A DNA stretch of 63,987 nt, the filler included, from Reclinomonas americana ATCC 50394 (lineage: Eukaryota): NCBI GenBank assembly GCA_048213135.1. It is 11 parts of 11 records of this genome, joined end to end, with 100 filler letters (N's around TTAATTAATTAA, not from the genome) between each part and the next. Parts side by side here need not be neighbours in the genome. Positions count along the whole stretch, not along the records: positions 27,602 to 29,937 come from AFZH01017646.1; positions 30,038 to 34,522 come from AFZH01017647.1; positions 34,623 to 37,331 come from AFZH01017648.1; positions 37,432 to 45,245 come from AFZH01017649.1; 7 more parts are not named here. One strand, 5' to 3'. Below the pieces are notes generated by a model that was not told where the DNA came from, did not search any database, and saw only the letters and a list, made by a program, of their open reading frames with translations. Position numbers and translations under genes: made by a program. Positions 27,674-40,136 of this stretch are shown here, one piece after another; the first letter of the stretch is position 1, and every line of letters begins with the position of its first letter.

Positions 27674-27772
27674 GTATACGTGATTGTGCAGTTGCTTGGC
27701 ATGGCAACATTCAGCTTCATTGTGCTGTACCTGTACGCCACTGCCACACCGCCGCCCAAGCCACAACAATAG
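27674..27772 (+). CDS. Terminal exon of a membrane protein (5'-partial)
   Basis: A pyrimidine tract and CAG precede VYVIVQLLGMATFSFIVLYLYATATPPPKPQQ*. Confidence 0.45.
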   Translation, partial: VYVIVQLLGMATFSFIVLYLYATATPPPKPQQ

Positions 27773-27946
27773 AGTCATACAACAACAACAGCAACACCGA
27801 CAACATAGGAGACATTCATTCATGTGCAATTCCCTGCTTCTCTATCGCACGTCACAGTGAATTGACTGGTGTGTGTCGGGCGTTTTTTCTTGTTACTTTA
27901 GCTCTACAGACAGACGCCGGGTGTGTCTCTTCTTCCTTCTCTCTTT

Positions 27947-29639
27947 CTAGTTTCCATCGGAGACGCCCCATGTGAACTCTTTCTGCACGATTTGCTCGAT
28001 AATGTCGTCGAGGTTCAGCGTGCGGTCTTTGGGGTCGCTCACGAGCGCGCGGTAGAAGGTGTAGCCCTGGATGAGGAGAGGCAGTGGTGAGTTGCGTTGC
28101 GCTTTTTGAGGGAGCCAGCAGGGCGTGTGCGTGTGTGGAGTACCTCTTCGAATCCTCGCGTGCCTTCGCGGTGCACTGTGTGGTACATGAGTGTGTGGAT
28201 GCCGGTGATGTGGGCGGCCAGGCATTGCAGGGTGGCCATGATGGCCAGGTTGCCGCCAAACGCGCCACAACCCCTGTGTACGAGGGCGAGTCAGTGTCGG
28301 TGAGTGGTACGGAAACAGGAGGGAGTACCAGTTGCCGGTGTGGATGACCACAGGTCCAGGATCTGACACACAACGCAGAGGAATGAGTGAGGTGTGGAGC
28401 AGTGCATGAGTGCACAGACAGTACGGCACCTACACCCTTCTCGGCACAGAGGGTATGTGATTCGGCGACAGCCGCTGCAAAGCCTGCGCCAAGTGTGTGA
28501 GTGACCTAGTCCATCATATTATCTCCCGAGAAGCGACAGGCAGCTCACCGGCCACTGCGGTACGGAGGATCCGTCGAACGTCATCGCGACTGTACACGCC
28601 GTGGCCACCCTGTGCGCACATCCGTGTGGAGTGAGTCGTGCGGTCGCATGCAGAGGAAGCACAGCAGCGGCATGCAACTCCCGGGGCTGCAATGGCCAGA
28701 ATGTTGCTCACTGTCGGCGACTGGAAGACAGTGGTCGCGCGCTGAATCATCTCGAGTGGCGCGGCCGAGAAGGCGTTGCCGTACAGTGAGCGCATGATAC
28801 CTTTGCTGGGGTTTGGATTCGTGTCCACCGTCACTCGCCTGCAAGCACCGCCATCAAATCAGCTGTCCGCGTTGAGTCGCTGGACACACGCAACTCGAGA
28901 CGCACCGCTGAACACCACTGACGAGGCACGGCGTGGGCGATCTCGCAGCCGCTGTCCATGGCGTGAACGCGGGATCGCCCTTGGAGAGTTCCATGGCGGC
29001 CGCCCGGACCGAGGCTGTGATGTGACAGCAGTCTTGAGAAACGACCGAAAAGCGCGCCAGGCAGCCGCAGAACTCACCAAGAATCGGGTGCTCCTGCACT
29101 TGCATCTCGTCTTGTGCGTACAACGAGCCCGAATAGTAGCCAAACAGATCACTGCGCCGCACCAAGTGAGCTGCGCTGCGCACTCACTGGGATCGATCGC
29201 ACAAGCGACGCAACGGATCCGCAAAGTTGAGGTGCCACTCCACGGCACCCTCCACCACGGGTTTGTAGTCAAACACATCCTCTCTGCACACGGGATCAGA
29301 AAACGGAGGCCAACATCAACGATGCAGACGAAAATATCCTCACCTCTGCATGATGATGGTGGACGACTCTGACGGAATGCGCAGGCCGTCGAGCTTCGGA
29401 ACCTCTGTGTACCGTGCATACGTCACCACACCCTCGTATGGACTGTTGCACAAAGACGTGTGTCAAAGATCCACTCGATTGCAAGACAGATGTCAACATG
29501 CAGTGCGACCCAACCTCTCGGAGCTGCGCTCGTACACCCACTGCTTGTTCCGCGTGCGGAACACGGGTGGATATGAGCGGATCAGTGAGGCCGCTTCCCA
29601 TGACTGGCGAGCTGCGGGCGCACCCACGCTGGCCATCAT
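27947..29639 (-). CDS. PARG-like macrodomain protein
   Basis: Spliced motifs DLFGYYSGSLYAQDEMQVQEHP and VVIHTGNWGCGAFGGN..LQCLAA. TGNWGCGAFGG is the PARG diphosphate-binding loop. Start is approximate. Confidence 0.75.
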
Positions 29640-30037
29640 TCAACGAAAGCGGTGTGTCCGAGTTGTCACACACACACGCAGTTGTCCGTCTGCGACTGTC
29701 GAAGGCACGTACGATCTGGACGCTGGCAGCAGGCGACAATACCAACTACTTCTTTTACAACAACAACCATCATTAATAATCATCATACTCGTCCGCGACT
29801 CATCTTCGCAACGCGCCGACGCTTGCCGAATTCCACGGTCCCAACATGACGGCGGACCGTGTGGGATAGCCACCGGCCGGGCCGTACGCCATCGAGCCAC
29901 TGGGTCGCATACCACCGATTTGCAGCGGCACGTAATGNNNNNNNNNNNNNNNNNNNNNNNNNNNNNNNNNNNNNNNNNNNNTTAATTAATTAANNNNNNN
30001 NNNNNNNNNNNNNNNNNNNNNNNNNNNNNNNNNNNNN

Positions 30038-31232
30038 CGCCTGCGCCACACCAACTCCTTTCGACTCCCGTGCATCACCACCACCAGCATCACCACCACC
30101 ACCACCACCACCACCACCACCACCACCACCACCACCACCGTCATCGTCGTCGTCATCGAGAAGCGTCTTGGTTCGCGATTCGAGTTGACGGGCCGAGAGC
30201 GGCCGTCGTTTCCTGCGTGGCCGGGTCGGCGCAGGCTGCATGGCGACCATGGTGGCCGGCACAGGTTCCGGAGTCGGTGCAGGCGCCGGCTTGCGCGCCC
30301 GCGCAGCCATGACCGCCTGCGACTTGGCCGCCTTGAGCTTCTGCTGCATGTCGGCTACCTCGGCCTCCATCGCCATCAACTGCACCAGCCACAACAAGGC
30401 GATGATGAGCACACGACGACCATCTACCTTCCTTCCACGCCATACACGCTCGCTCGCACCTGCTCCTTCATATCTCGCATGCTCCTCTCCGCCTCGCTCG
30501 TCTGCGCCGCCAGGCGATTCTTCTGATCGATGGCTCCACGCAGTGACTTCTTCGCCTGCACCGCCTCCTCGCGCTCCTTCTTGACCTCGCGTTTCAGCGT
30601 GTCACACTGCTCTCGCAGCCACTGTGCATCCACAAGCGCCCCATCGCCTCGCTCCATCGCCTCTTTCGAGTGGATCTCTGCCACGTGACCCGGCGAGAAC
30701 GACACACGCCCGTGACAGAACAAGTGGCCCTGCACAGCAGCACGCAGCAGCAGCAGCGTGAGTGATCCAATCTTCGAGTGTGTGAGCAAAAGAGTGTGAC
30801 CTTGGCAATGCCGGTTCCACAGAAGCATGCTTGTCCCTCTGGCACCTGTTCTCCAGTTCGCATGCCACACACGGCCGTCCACACCACATGCGCCGCATGG
30901 TAACACTTTTTCGGCGTGTGAAGCACCCACGAGTAGCCCTTCTCGTACATGACCTGCGTGCGCGCACAGCACAGCACACTCAGTACACACGTGGTATGCG
31001 CCTTCTCCCACTCTCCCTCTCTCTCTCTCTCTCACGCACTCGATCGCGACAGTAGTTGACATAGACTGCTCCGTCCTCGTCAACGGGCGCCTCGGCTTCA
31101 TCGTTTTCCTTGTCGCTGTTTACCTCGTCGTCCACCACGTCCTCTGTGTACGCTATCAGTGAACACACACACGCGAGGAGGAGAGAGGGAGAAGAGAGAG
31201 AAAGAGAGAGACTGACCAGCGGCAGCTGCCAT
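30038..31232 (-). CDS. Unknown protein with Cys/His-rich segment, coiled coil and poly-Gly (3'-partial)
   Basis: Exons encode an acidic N-terminus, WVLHTPKKCYHAAH..C..CFCGTG..GHLFCHG, then coiled coil. Open into the gap. Confidence 0.55.
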
Positions 31233-31341
31233 TGCGCAAGATTCAAAGAAAAACGCCAGCTTGATTCCACCAATCAACGTTCGATATTCCAGATTAGATA
31301 CACGAATGTACACGGCGTGCCTTTATATTTCACAGAGAGGC

Positions 31342-34300
31342 TCACGTGCCGCCGTTGGCATGGCGCGGTACTGTTGCTGCTACTGCTGGCGGTGGTGGAG
31401 GTGGTGGCTGCGGTGGTGCAGTTCGTAGCGGAGACAAGTGCAGCAGGGGAACACCCGACAGGGAGAATTCGCGACCGCGATGCTGGTACGACTCGCTCAG
31501 GTAGTGATGCGTGGTGACCAGCTGTCGCGTGGCCATCTCCAGCCGTGAGCACACCGACAAGTATTGTGCCGCTGGCGTGGGTCCTGTTTGTCGGCCGCCG
31601 CGTGTGGACGATTCGCCGTTCTCCATGTCTTCGCAGAAACCGTCCACGATTCCGTCGACCATGAGTGCCACCGATGATTCGTCCACGGCACCCTCCATAT
31701 CATGCTGCAAAGGAGCGACACGATGAGCATCGGCGACGGAAACAAGACAAGCGACGGAAAGCAACACACGCACCTGACTGCCGACCAAGAACCGCTCCGA
31801 TTCTGGACTGTGGCTGGCGCCGTGGTGGTCGGCCGACGAGGCCGACGATGCAGCCGAACCGTTGTGTGGCGAGGGAACTGGTACGGGGTGCGCGCGTCCA
31901 TTGACATGCGACGCACCGTCGCCAGCCGCACTGGCCTGTGGACGACACACGCCGGAAGCGTCGGCATAGAGCCTTGCGTGCGTGCGTGTGAGATACAACG
32001 AGTCATGACTTATTCTTCTTGTTCATGTCGCGCAACTTGTGAGGTGGATGCACTCCATCGTGATCCACAATCATTTGCTCAATGTCGAGTTCGACGGGTG
32101 ACGAGTCTCGTGCACGAATGGCCCGACCGCGACCTGCATGGTTGTGCAGGTAGACTGCGAGTGCCATTACAGGAATTATTTGGTGAGTACAACAACAAAC
32201 AAGTCAGTCAGACGACTCTGTTACCGAGGGTGGTGTCGTTGATTAGATCGGCCAAGTGACTTCTCCGTTCTGGCTTCAACAGGTGGGCCAGCGGGCTGCG
32301 CGCCGCATCGGTGTACGCCAGCAGACCGAGTGTCTCCTGCGAACATCACACCACCGTGTGTGTGAGTTGATGCTGTCACAAGACGACACACAGTTGTGGT
32401 CAACACGCAACTTGCACCACCGGATTCCGAATCACAGATTGCAAATGAGCCGCCGCATACCGAATGGCCTCCAACGCATCGCCACGTACAAACAGATCGA
32501 CAAACTGCATGCCATGTCAAGCGACGGAGCGGCGTGTGTGAGTTTTCCACATGACGATTCCCTCCACATTGCGACGATGTGTGTACGAACTCGCTGACAC
32601 CGCAAGATTGCGCGCAGTGGGGTTGCCGGCGAAATCAGGATCGCATTGCTCTCCATCAGGCCCGGTAGTACGCACGAGCATTCGCGTTCCACCAACTGCA
32701 GCTCCCCCGCCATCACCAACTCACGAATACCTGCACCGCGGTCAGCACACACAAGAGAAAGGGTAACGCTCCTCGCGCGCACACTCACGCTTTCTAAACA
32801 GAAGTGTGGACTCTAGTGCCGCAGTGTACGACAGGCCGGTCAGCGGAATCGGTGACGGTGGATGCACGCCATTTGACCCGGCGCCGGCGGCAGCAGCGGC
32901 GGCGGATCGTGACGACGAAGACGCGGTCGGCGACAGTGCACGACGCGTCAGTGTCTCGTAGGTTCCCGCAAAGCCCTGCGCGCACCCGAGTGTGAGGTGA
33001 GCGACATGGGTCGTGTGTGTGCGTTGGAGAACGTGTGTGGAGGGGACAGCACCATGTGGAGAAGGTACTCTTCGACCATCTCACGCAAAATGGTTGCCTC
33101 CTCATTCTTTCCCGCCGACGGTGACCGCGGAGTCTCTTCTGCAGTGTCGGTGATGAGCGCATGCAGGCAGAACACGGGCAGCAGAGAAGAGTATGGAGAC
33201 CCACCAACGTCCATGCCACTGCTGCCCGACTCCAACGACAAGGCTGGCGGTACCAGCGACTCCCGCAGCGCCGACGCCCACACGCGGTCATTCACATCCT
33301 GCGGCAACAGCACGGTGAGTGTGCCTCTCACAGGGCGAGGCAGGGAAGACGTACGCAACAGCAGCAAACGACTCAATGTCGAACACGAGGTTGTTGGGTA
33401 GCCGCAGCTGCTCGCCTCGACTGTGCATGCTGACGGTGGGGAAGAGCGGCTCGCTCAGATTGACATTCTCAAAGGCAATGTCTGCGGGGAACACGTGCAA
33501 TCAGCGAGAAGCAGCAGATGCAGCAACATCACCGCCCACGGAAGACGACGCACCGAGGAACTCTCCATTCTTGGTGAAGAAGATGAACTGGAACGGAAAG
33601 CACACTCCACACCCAATCACAGCTCCCGTCGAGTACGCAGGACCATACGGCTCACCAGCACTATGTAAACAGAAGTGATGAGAGATCCTTTCTCTCACTC
33701 ATCTCCCTCTTCGGCGGTGCTTCTCACCCCGCTTGATGACACTTGGTTCCATCTTCACCCGAGTACCCGTACGAGCTGTGGTCCATCCGCAGTGAGCACA
33801 ACGCCTTACCAGCACACACACACACGCTCACAAAAGAGAGTGAGAGGGAGACCACGCGCAACTTGTCGTGCCCCACTTGCCGCGACAAGTGGAAGTCGAG
33901 GCTCGACACTCCCACGCACATGGTACTGCACCAGACGCACACACATCAGTGCCTGCTCTTCCACCCCACACGCACACACATAGAGAGGAGGAGAGGAAGA
34001 GGAGAAGACTTACCCTTTGCGACCTGCGTCAACAACCTCCACCTCGAAGTATGCCACAACGGAATGCGACGAAAGCGGCTCACTGGTCTGAATGGCGTGC
34101 GCGAGGGAACAAAGCACAAACACAACAGAGAAGAGAGGGGCGAGAGCGCGCGCGCAAAGAGGAATAACACGAGCATCGCACGATCACGCGCGCACACACC
34201 ACACGCGCACAAACAAACAAACAACAACAACAACAACAACAACACGAAAGCAAAGGTTACGAGTCAAGGAAGCTCCTTGGTGTGCGGAGGAAGACTGCTG

Positions 34301-34522
34301 GTCTTTCCAGCAACAAGAACAGTGACAACAAAAAAGGATATCCCCACATCATCAGTGCGCAGGCCGCGGCCTTTGTAGGTGACCGTCTTCCACTGGTCAA
34401 GCACCGCTGTGTATCGCGTGTGCGTGGCCGACCAGCGCAGTTGTCGCTGAGCGGCCTCGAAGACGCGTTGCTCCATGCGATCCTCCGAAAACAGCAACGT
34501 CCTTCGGGACCGACGACGAAGG
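31342..34522 (-). CDS. RanBP9/10-like SPRY-LisH-CTLH protein (5'-partial)
   Basis: SPRY motifs YFEVEVVDAG, SYGYSGEDG, YGPAYSTGAVIGCGV..IFFTKNGEFLG, LFPTVSMHS. LisH motif LREMVEEYLLHMG. CTLH-like IRELVMAG..LRCQ. Confidence 0.8.
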
Positions 34523-34763
34523 NNNNNNNNNNNNNNNNNNNNNNNNNNNNNNNNNNNNNNNNNNNNTTAATTAATTAANNNNNNNNNNNNNNNNNNNNNN
34601 NNNNNNNNNNNNNNNNNNNNNNCCCCTCCTTCTCTCGCGCCCCACACAAGAACCAGCATCCATCACACACTGCGCGCATCCATCTCTGTGCGCCTGCTTT
34701 CGCTGCTGCACACGACGCATCTACTCTCTCTCTCTCTCTCTCTCTCTCCGTTTGCTCTCTCAC

Positions 34764-35067
34764 CTCGAAAATGCGCTTCGGGTCCTTCTCGGGCAGAGTC
34801 AGCAGCTGACGAGCGGCCTTACGGATCTTGGCCAGAGTGAACTGGACGCGCCAGAGCTGAATCATGCGACAGGAGTGCGTGTGAGCACAACATGGCGGTC
34901 ATGACTGGTCACTGTCGACTCCTCCGCTGAGTCTCTCTCTTTCTCACCTCTCGCTTGCAGCGCAGGCCATACTGGCCGACGAGCTTCAGCTCGGAGTCAA
35001 TGCGCTCCTTCTCGAAGGGGCGCCGGGGTGACTTGCTAGTCTTGCTGAAGTTGCGGTAGTTACGCAT
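34764..35067 (-). CDS. RPS9: 40S ribosomal protein S9 (uS4), first two exons; remainder in or beyond the gap
   Basis: Exon 35067-34948 [40 protein letters not shown]; exon 34856-34764 [31 protein letters not shown]. Confidence 0.97.
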
Positions 35068-35443
35068 CCTGGATCCTGTGCGAGTTCGTGTGCAGTGATG
35101 AGCACCTCTTCACATCACTACCACACTCTGCCCTTCCAGAAACACACAGAGAGAGCCAGCGGGGGAGAGGGAGAGAGGGAGGGGCGAGGGCAGCGCACAT
35201 TTGCATGGCCACATGCACCACGCACGCACACACAAACACACACACACTGCGCACGAGACAGAACACGGTGGCACACACTGTACGGCGTGTATATACACAC
35301 TCCAAAAGACAGAGCGATACGCAGAGGAGGAGGAGGGATTGTGTTCTCCTTACCAGCCAACGCGGTTGTAGTGAAATCGACGGTCCGACTCGGCCGACCG
35401 ATGACACAATCAATCATATCACACACCTTCACCACAACACGCC

Positions 35444-36564
35444 ATGCGACCTTTGACAGAAGAAGAGACCCGCGTGTTCTTTGAGAAGCTCGCCAAGTAG
35501 TTGCGTTGTGTGCAAATGAAGCGATGGAAAGAGAGGGAGGGAGAGAGAAGAAAGGGGTACAAGAAAAGATCTTGTGAATGTGCGTGTATCTGTCTGCTCT
35601 GCTGCGTGTGTCAGTGTGTATGTGAGCAAGTGGGAGGGAGGTGAGGGTGCATGCGAGTGAGCGAGAGGGTGGTTTTTGGGGGGCTGGTGGTCTGTGCATG
35701 TGCATGTGCACGAGCGAACACACTCGACACCACCGCCCACTCCTGCGATCTGCCGCGTGTCCTGTGCTCACCGTCGTCACCTGCAGCATTGGACGCAACA
35801 TCAGACACCTGATCGAGAGACCCGACGAGCCATACTGCTTCCGTCTCAACAAGGATCGTGTGTACTATGTCAGGTGTGCAATCACCCTCTCCCTCCCTGT
35901 CTCTCTCTCCCTCCATCAGTGTCGTCCGTCTCTCTCTCGTTGCCTCCCTCCGCCCCTCCCCCACACTGCCTCGATTGCTGAGACACTGGCAATGTGTTGT
36001 CTCCACAGTGAGGCCAACATGAAGCAGGCAGCATCGATTGCCCGCGACGATCTGATTGGCCTGGGCACATGCTTTGGCAAGTTCACCAAGTCGGGCAAGT
36101 TCCGCCTGCACGTCACATGTTTGGACTACCTTGTGCAGTTTGCCGAGGTTCGCACTCTCGGATCTCTCTGTCGTGCTCGGGCATGCACAATTGCTCATTG
36201 CTACTGTTTTGGTCGATAACAACACACACACAGAACAAGGTGTGGGTGAAGCCGTCGGGTGAGATGTCGTTCCTTTACGGCAACCACGTGCTGAAGGCGC
36301 ATGTTGGTCGCATCACCGAAAGCGTACCACAGTTGCGACTCTCTCAATAGTCTCTCTTCCTTGTCACTTGTGTCTCACACGTGGGGCGCTCTCCTCTGTA
36401 GATACGCTGGTGTCGTGCTGCTGTCCATGGGCGACGTGCCGCTGGGATTCGGAGTGGCGGCAAAATCCACACAAGACTGCCGCAAGGCCGAGAGCACCGA
36501 CATTGTGGTTTTCCACCAGGCCGATTGTGGAGAGTACTTGAGAAGTGAAGATGTGCTCTTTTGA
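35444..36564 (+). CDS. NIP7: 60S ribosome biogenesis protein NIP7 (5 exons)
   Basis: [21 protein letters not shown]...[13 protein letters not shown]...[19 protein letters not shown]...[20 protein letters not shown]...[14 protein letters not shown]. Confidence 0.97.
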
Positions 36565-37126
36565 GAGCGTGTTTGTATATGCATATCGCGCGTCACGAGG
36601 CGGGGGAGGGGGCAAGGAAAAGGCCGTTTTCGTGCTGTCTAAAAGTCCCATTCCACCACAATTGTCCCTTTCCTTATTGTGTGAGCGATGGAAGGTGCGA
36701 GCTTTGCTGCGTTTTGCTGCGCTGCGCCGCATGCACCACACAGCGAGAGAGACGGCGAGCATTCAGAGGGGCACGAGAAGACAACCGTTTTTTCCTTTTC
36801 TCCTCTCTCTTGACAAATCGAAAGCAAGTGTGCAATGGCGCCACTTCCTGACACACTTGCCCTCCCACTGCGTCTCCTTCCCCTCATGCATGAGTCATCG
36901 TCTCTTCTCCTCTTCCGTCGTCGTCGTCGCGCGCCCTTGTCTCGCATGCACAGTGTGGAGACAATGAGAAAAAGATCGCACTTGCGTTGCGCGCGTTCTC
37001 AAACTTGTTCGCCTCGTCGTTGTCTTTCCTTTGTGCGACTTGCGTGCGTGTGTGTGTCTAGTGCCTCTCTCTTTGTTTCTCTCACTCACACACATACACG
37101 CTGTGTTTGTGCGTGCGTGCGCAGCC

Positions 37127-37331
37127 ATGGAGGTCGATTCGGCCGTGAGCCACGGTTCCGGCAAGTTGCTGAGCGAATCGGGGGGAGGTGCAGATCCCAC
37201 GATGGACGCCACTATGAATGCAGGTGCGCGCCACATACACGCACTCTCACTCTTCAACACACGCACACATGCTTGCTCACACACACTTTGCACGTGCGCG
37301 CGCGCGCACCCGTTACATTAGGCGAGGACGT
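37127..37331 (+). CDS. 5' fragment of an unknown gene
   Basis: GCCATGG start, MEVDSAVSHG..., a GTGCGC donor, then runs into the gap. Confidence 0.35.
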
Positions 37332-37508
37332 NNNNNNNNNNNNNNNNNNNNNNNNNNNNNNNNNNNNNNNNNNNNTTAATTAATTAANNNNNNNNNNNNN
37401 NNNNNNNNNNNNNNNNNNNNNNNNNNNNNNNACGCAACAACACAGAGAGAGAGAGACAGAGTGAGTTACTGCTGCATACACCGGGGTTGCGCGGCGTCGT
37501 CAGCAAAC

Positions 37509-40043
37509 CTTCGCACGCGAGTCGTTGCCACCAGAGGCAAAGTAGTGCCCTGACGATGAGACGTCGCACGTCATGAGCTCGCCCGTGGCCGCCTCCAGCT
37601 CACGGATCGGGCTGCAGTCGGTGCTGTCCCAGTAGACAACCTTCTTGTCGGTACCGGCCGTGATCAGCTGGCTCTCGTCGGGCAGGTAGCACACTATAAT
37701 GGCAGAGTTGAGTCACTGAGATACATACACATAATGTGGGCACCGCCACGCACCATCTCTGAAGTACGTGTGCTCGTTGAAAATGTTGGCGCGCACATAT
37801 CGTGCCAGATCCCACACAATGCATGACCCATCGTCTGATGCCGACACAGCTTCCGAATCGTCACGGCGCACGCGAATGGCATTCACAGTGGCTGTGTGAC
37901 ACGACGATGAGATGGTGGTCGTGCCCCATTAGCGCCACCGAGACAGTAATCACTCACCCTTGTGCTGATTCAGCGACGCCAACATTGTTTGTGAGCCGGC
38001 TCCAATGCGCCACACGCGGACCTGATGATCCGAACCACCGCTGACGATGCGCGCACCGTCGTTGCAGACGGCAATGGCGGTCACACCCACCGAGTTGCCA
38101 GAGATGCGCTTCTGACCCATGATCCTGTGCGCGTCGTTGATCGTGTACAACAGCTTGCCGCTCTTGGGGCCGAACGCACGGATCTTGCCGTCGCTCCAAC
38201 CTACAAAAAGCGGTTTGGTGAGCCGACGACACAGTTCATGTGCGTGTGCGTGCAAGCTGGAAGTGTGTGCACAAACCAGAAATGACGGCCTTGCCGTCGA
38301 CGCTGAAGGTGACACAGTTGCACTCCACATTCGGCACCTGGATGCGCAGCAGCTCTTCTCCACTCAGCGAGTTCCACAGACGCACGTCACCAATGGAGCA
38401 CGTGGCAAACACTCCCGAATAGTTTCTGTTTGGCACGGCGCGCAGTGAGCGTTGATTGCATAAACACGTCGTGAGTGACAGCAGTGGCGGCGTGCACGAA
38501 ACGGTGGGAAGGCAATGTCGTTGATCTTCTCGTAGTGGCAAGTGGCGAACGGGCTGGCGGTGAGATCTCCACCGCTCACAGTGTAGATGGTGGAGGTGCT
38601 GGTGCCGACAAAGAAGTAGCCGTCGGGATGGAAGGCCACCGAGGTGACGGCGCCCATCACCTGCGTGGTGCTGCCGATGCGGAAGGACTCGGTGTTCAGC
38701 AGTGCAATCGTGCCGTCGCCGGCACCAATCGCCAACTCGCCCGTCGGTGAGAGGGACAGCGAGCAGACTCCGAGCTGGAACTTCTTCCGCTGCGGTGCGC
38801 TGTTCTTGAGGTTCTTCGGCCCACGCAGCTGGATCTGCAACACATCTCCCGAGTTGGTGCCACAGTAGGCGTAGTCGTCGGTGGAGTCCACCAGCACACA
38901 CTTGACCTGCGACGCGCGCGCACGCACACACAAGTGAGCAGGCAAAGCGAAAGAGGGAGAGAGAGAGAAAAGCCGACGTACAATTCGTCTCAAGCCACCC
39001 AGTGCAGCGTCGGTCGGTCGCAGCTTTCGCGTCTCCATGTCGATCTCCCACACACGAATGTTGTAACTGCCGGCGGTCACCAGCATGTCGCTGCGCGTGT
39101 TGAAGAAGCTCACGTCGTTGGTGGTATCATTGGCCGCCACAGCGCCGCACAGAGCACGACCCTCCAGCTGCAAACAAAGAGGGTCAACGCGATGCGCTGC
39201 GATGCGATGCAGAAGTTCCGGCGAGCGAGTGACGCACCACATCCCACACGACCAGCTGCCCATCGTCCTGACCGCCGACCGAGGCCAGGAACTGCTCATC
39301 GGGGGAGAACGACAGCGCCTGCACCACCACCTTGTGCAGAATCAGACGGTGCATGATGCTTCGACTCTCAAAGTCCCAGATGATCAAGTCAGCCTAATGC
39401 AAACAAGTCAGTGCCTGCGCATGCTGCTGCTGTGCGATGGAGTGCGCACTCGCACCTGGTAACCCATGTGAGTGCGCTGACCAGTGGCCACATAGCGGCC
39501 GGACTTGGACACGGCCACCGACATGATCTTGTCGGTGTGGCCGCTCAGAAACTCCTTGTGCGTCGGGTCGCTCACGCTGAGCACGAAACGAAATTGATGT
39601 GAGCGGACCCTACACATAGAGAGAGGGGTGCACTTGTGCGTATGCGCGCACACACCTGCGCACGACAAGAGTGGAGCCGAGAGGGTAGATAAGATGCTGG
39701 CCATCTGCACCCAGCCAACAACAAACAACGTCAGCCCTCCATTGTTGCACGCACTCGCAGCGTGCAGTCTCCTCTCCATCTTATCTCTCACGCACGCACA
39801 TACACAGGCAGGCACAGAGAGCACGGGAGACAAGCACAAGAAGGTGATATTGTCATCAACGGCCAAACAGGTCTCTCAACGGACGCTGATGCGTCACACT
39901 CAAATCGCAACGCACACACACACACACGCAGTGTGGGTGAGAGAGAGAAGCATAGACGCACCAGGATGCAGACGCAGTCCAGCAGGCACAGTGCCCGCAA
40001 AGCCGATCACGGTGGAGAGTTCGAGAGGCTCTGGCTCGGTCAT
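37509..40043 (-). CDS. CFAP52: Cilia/flagella WD40 protein CFAP52 (WDR16), 3'-partial
   Basis: MTEPEPLELSTVIGFAGTVPAGLRLHP..LIYPLGST..FLSGHTD..SKSGRYVATGQRTHMG..LASVGGQDDG..GWSDGKIRAFGPKSGKL..ITAGTDKKVVYWD. Confidence 0.93.
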
Positions 40044-40136
40044 TCTGTGCGAAAAAAAAACTTGATGGGGACAGATATGCGCTCGCGAGCCATGTAGACC
40101 GTTGGCAATCGATTTTCGCGACAGAGGCGAGAGAAG

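Noticed and set aside
4751..29639. PARP-like plus PARG-like genes as a linked ADP-ribosylation system
   Set aside because: They are over 20 kb and three gaps apart with unrelated genes between them, so there is no evidence of a functional cluster.
35444..36564. Alternative genetic code or frameshifting, suggested by fragmented ORFs in conserved genes
   Set aside because: Every interruption checked in NIP7, RPS9, PK, M20, MOG1 and DHHC is removed by a GT-AG intron, and genes end in TAA, TAG or TGA.
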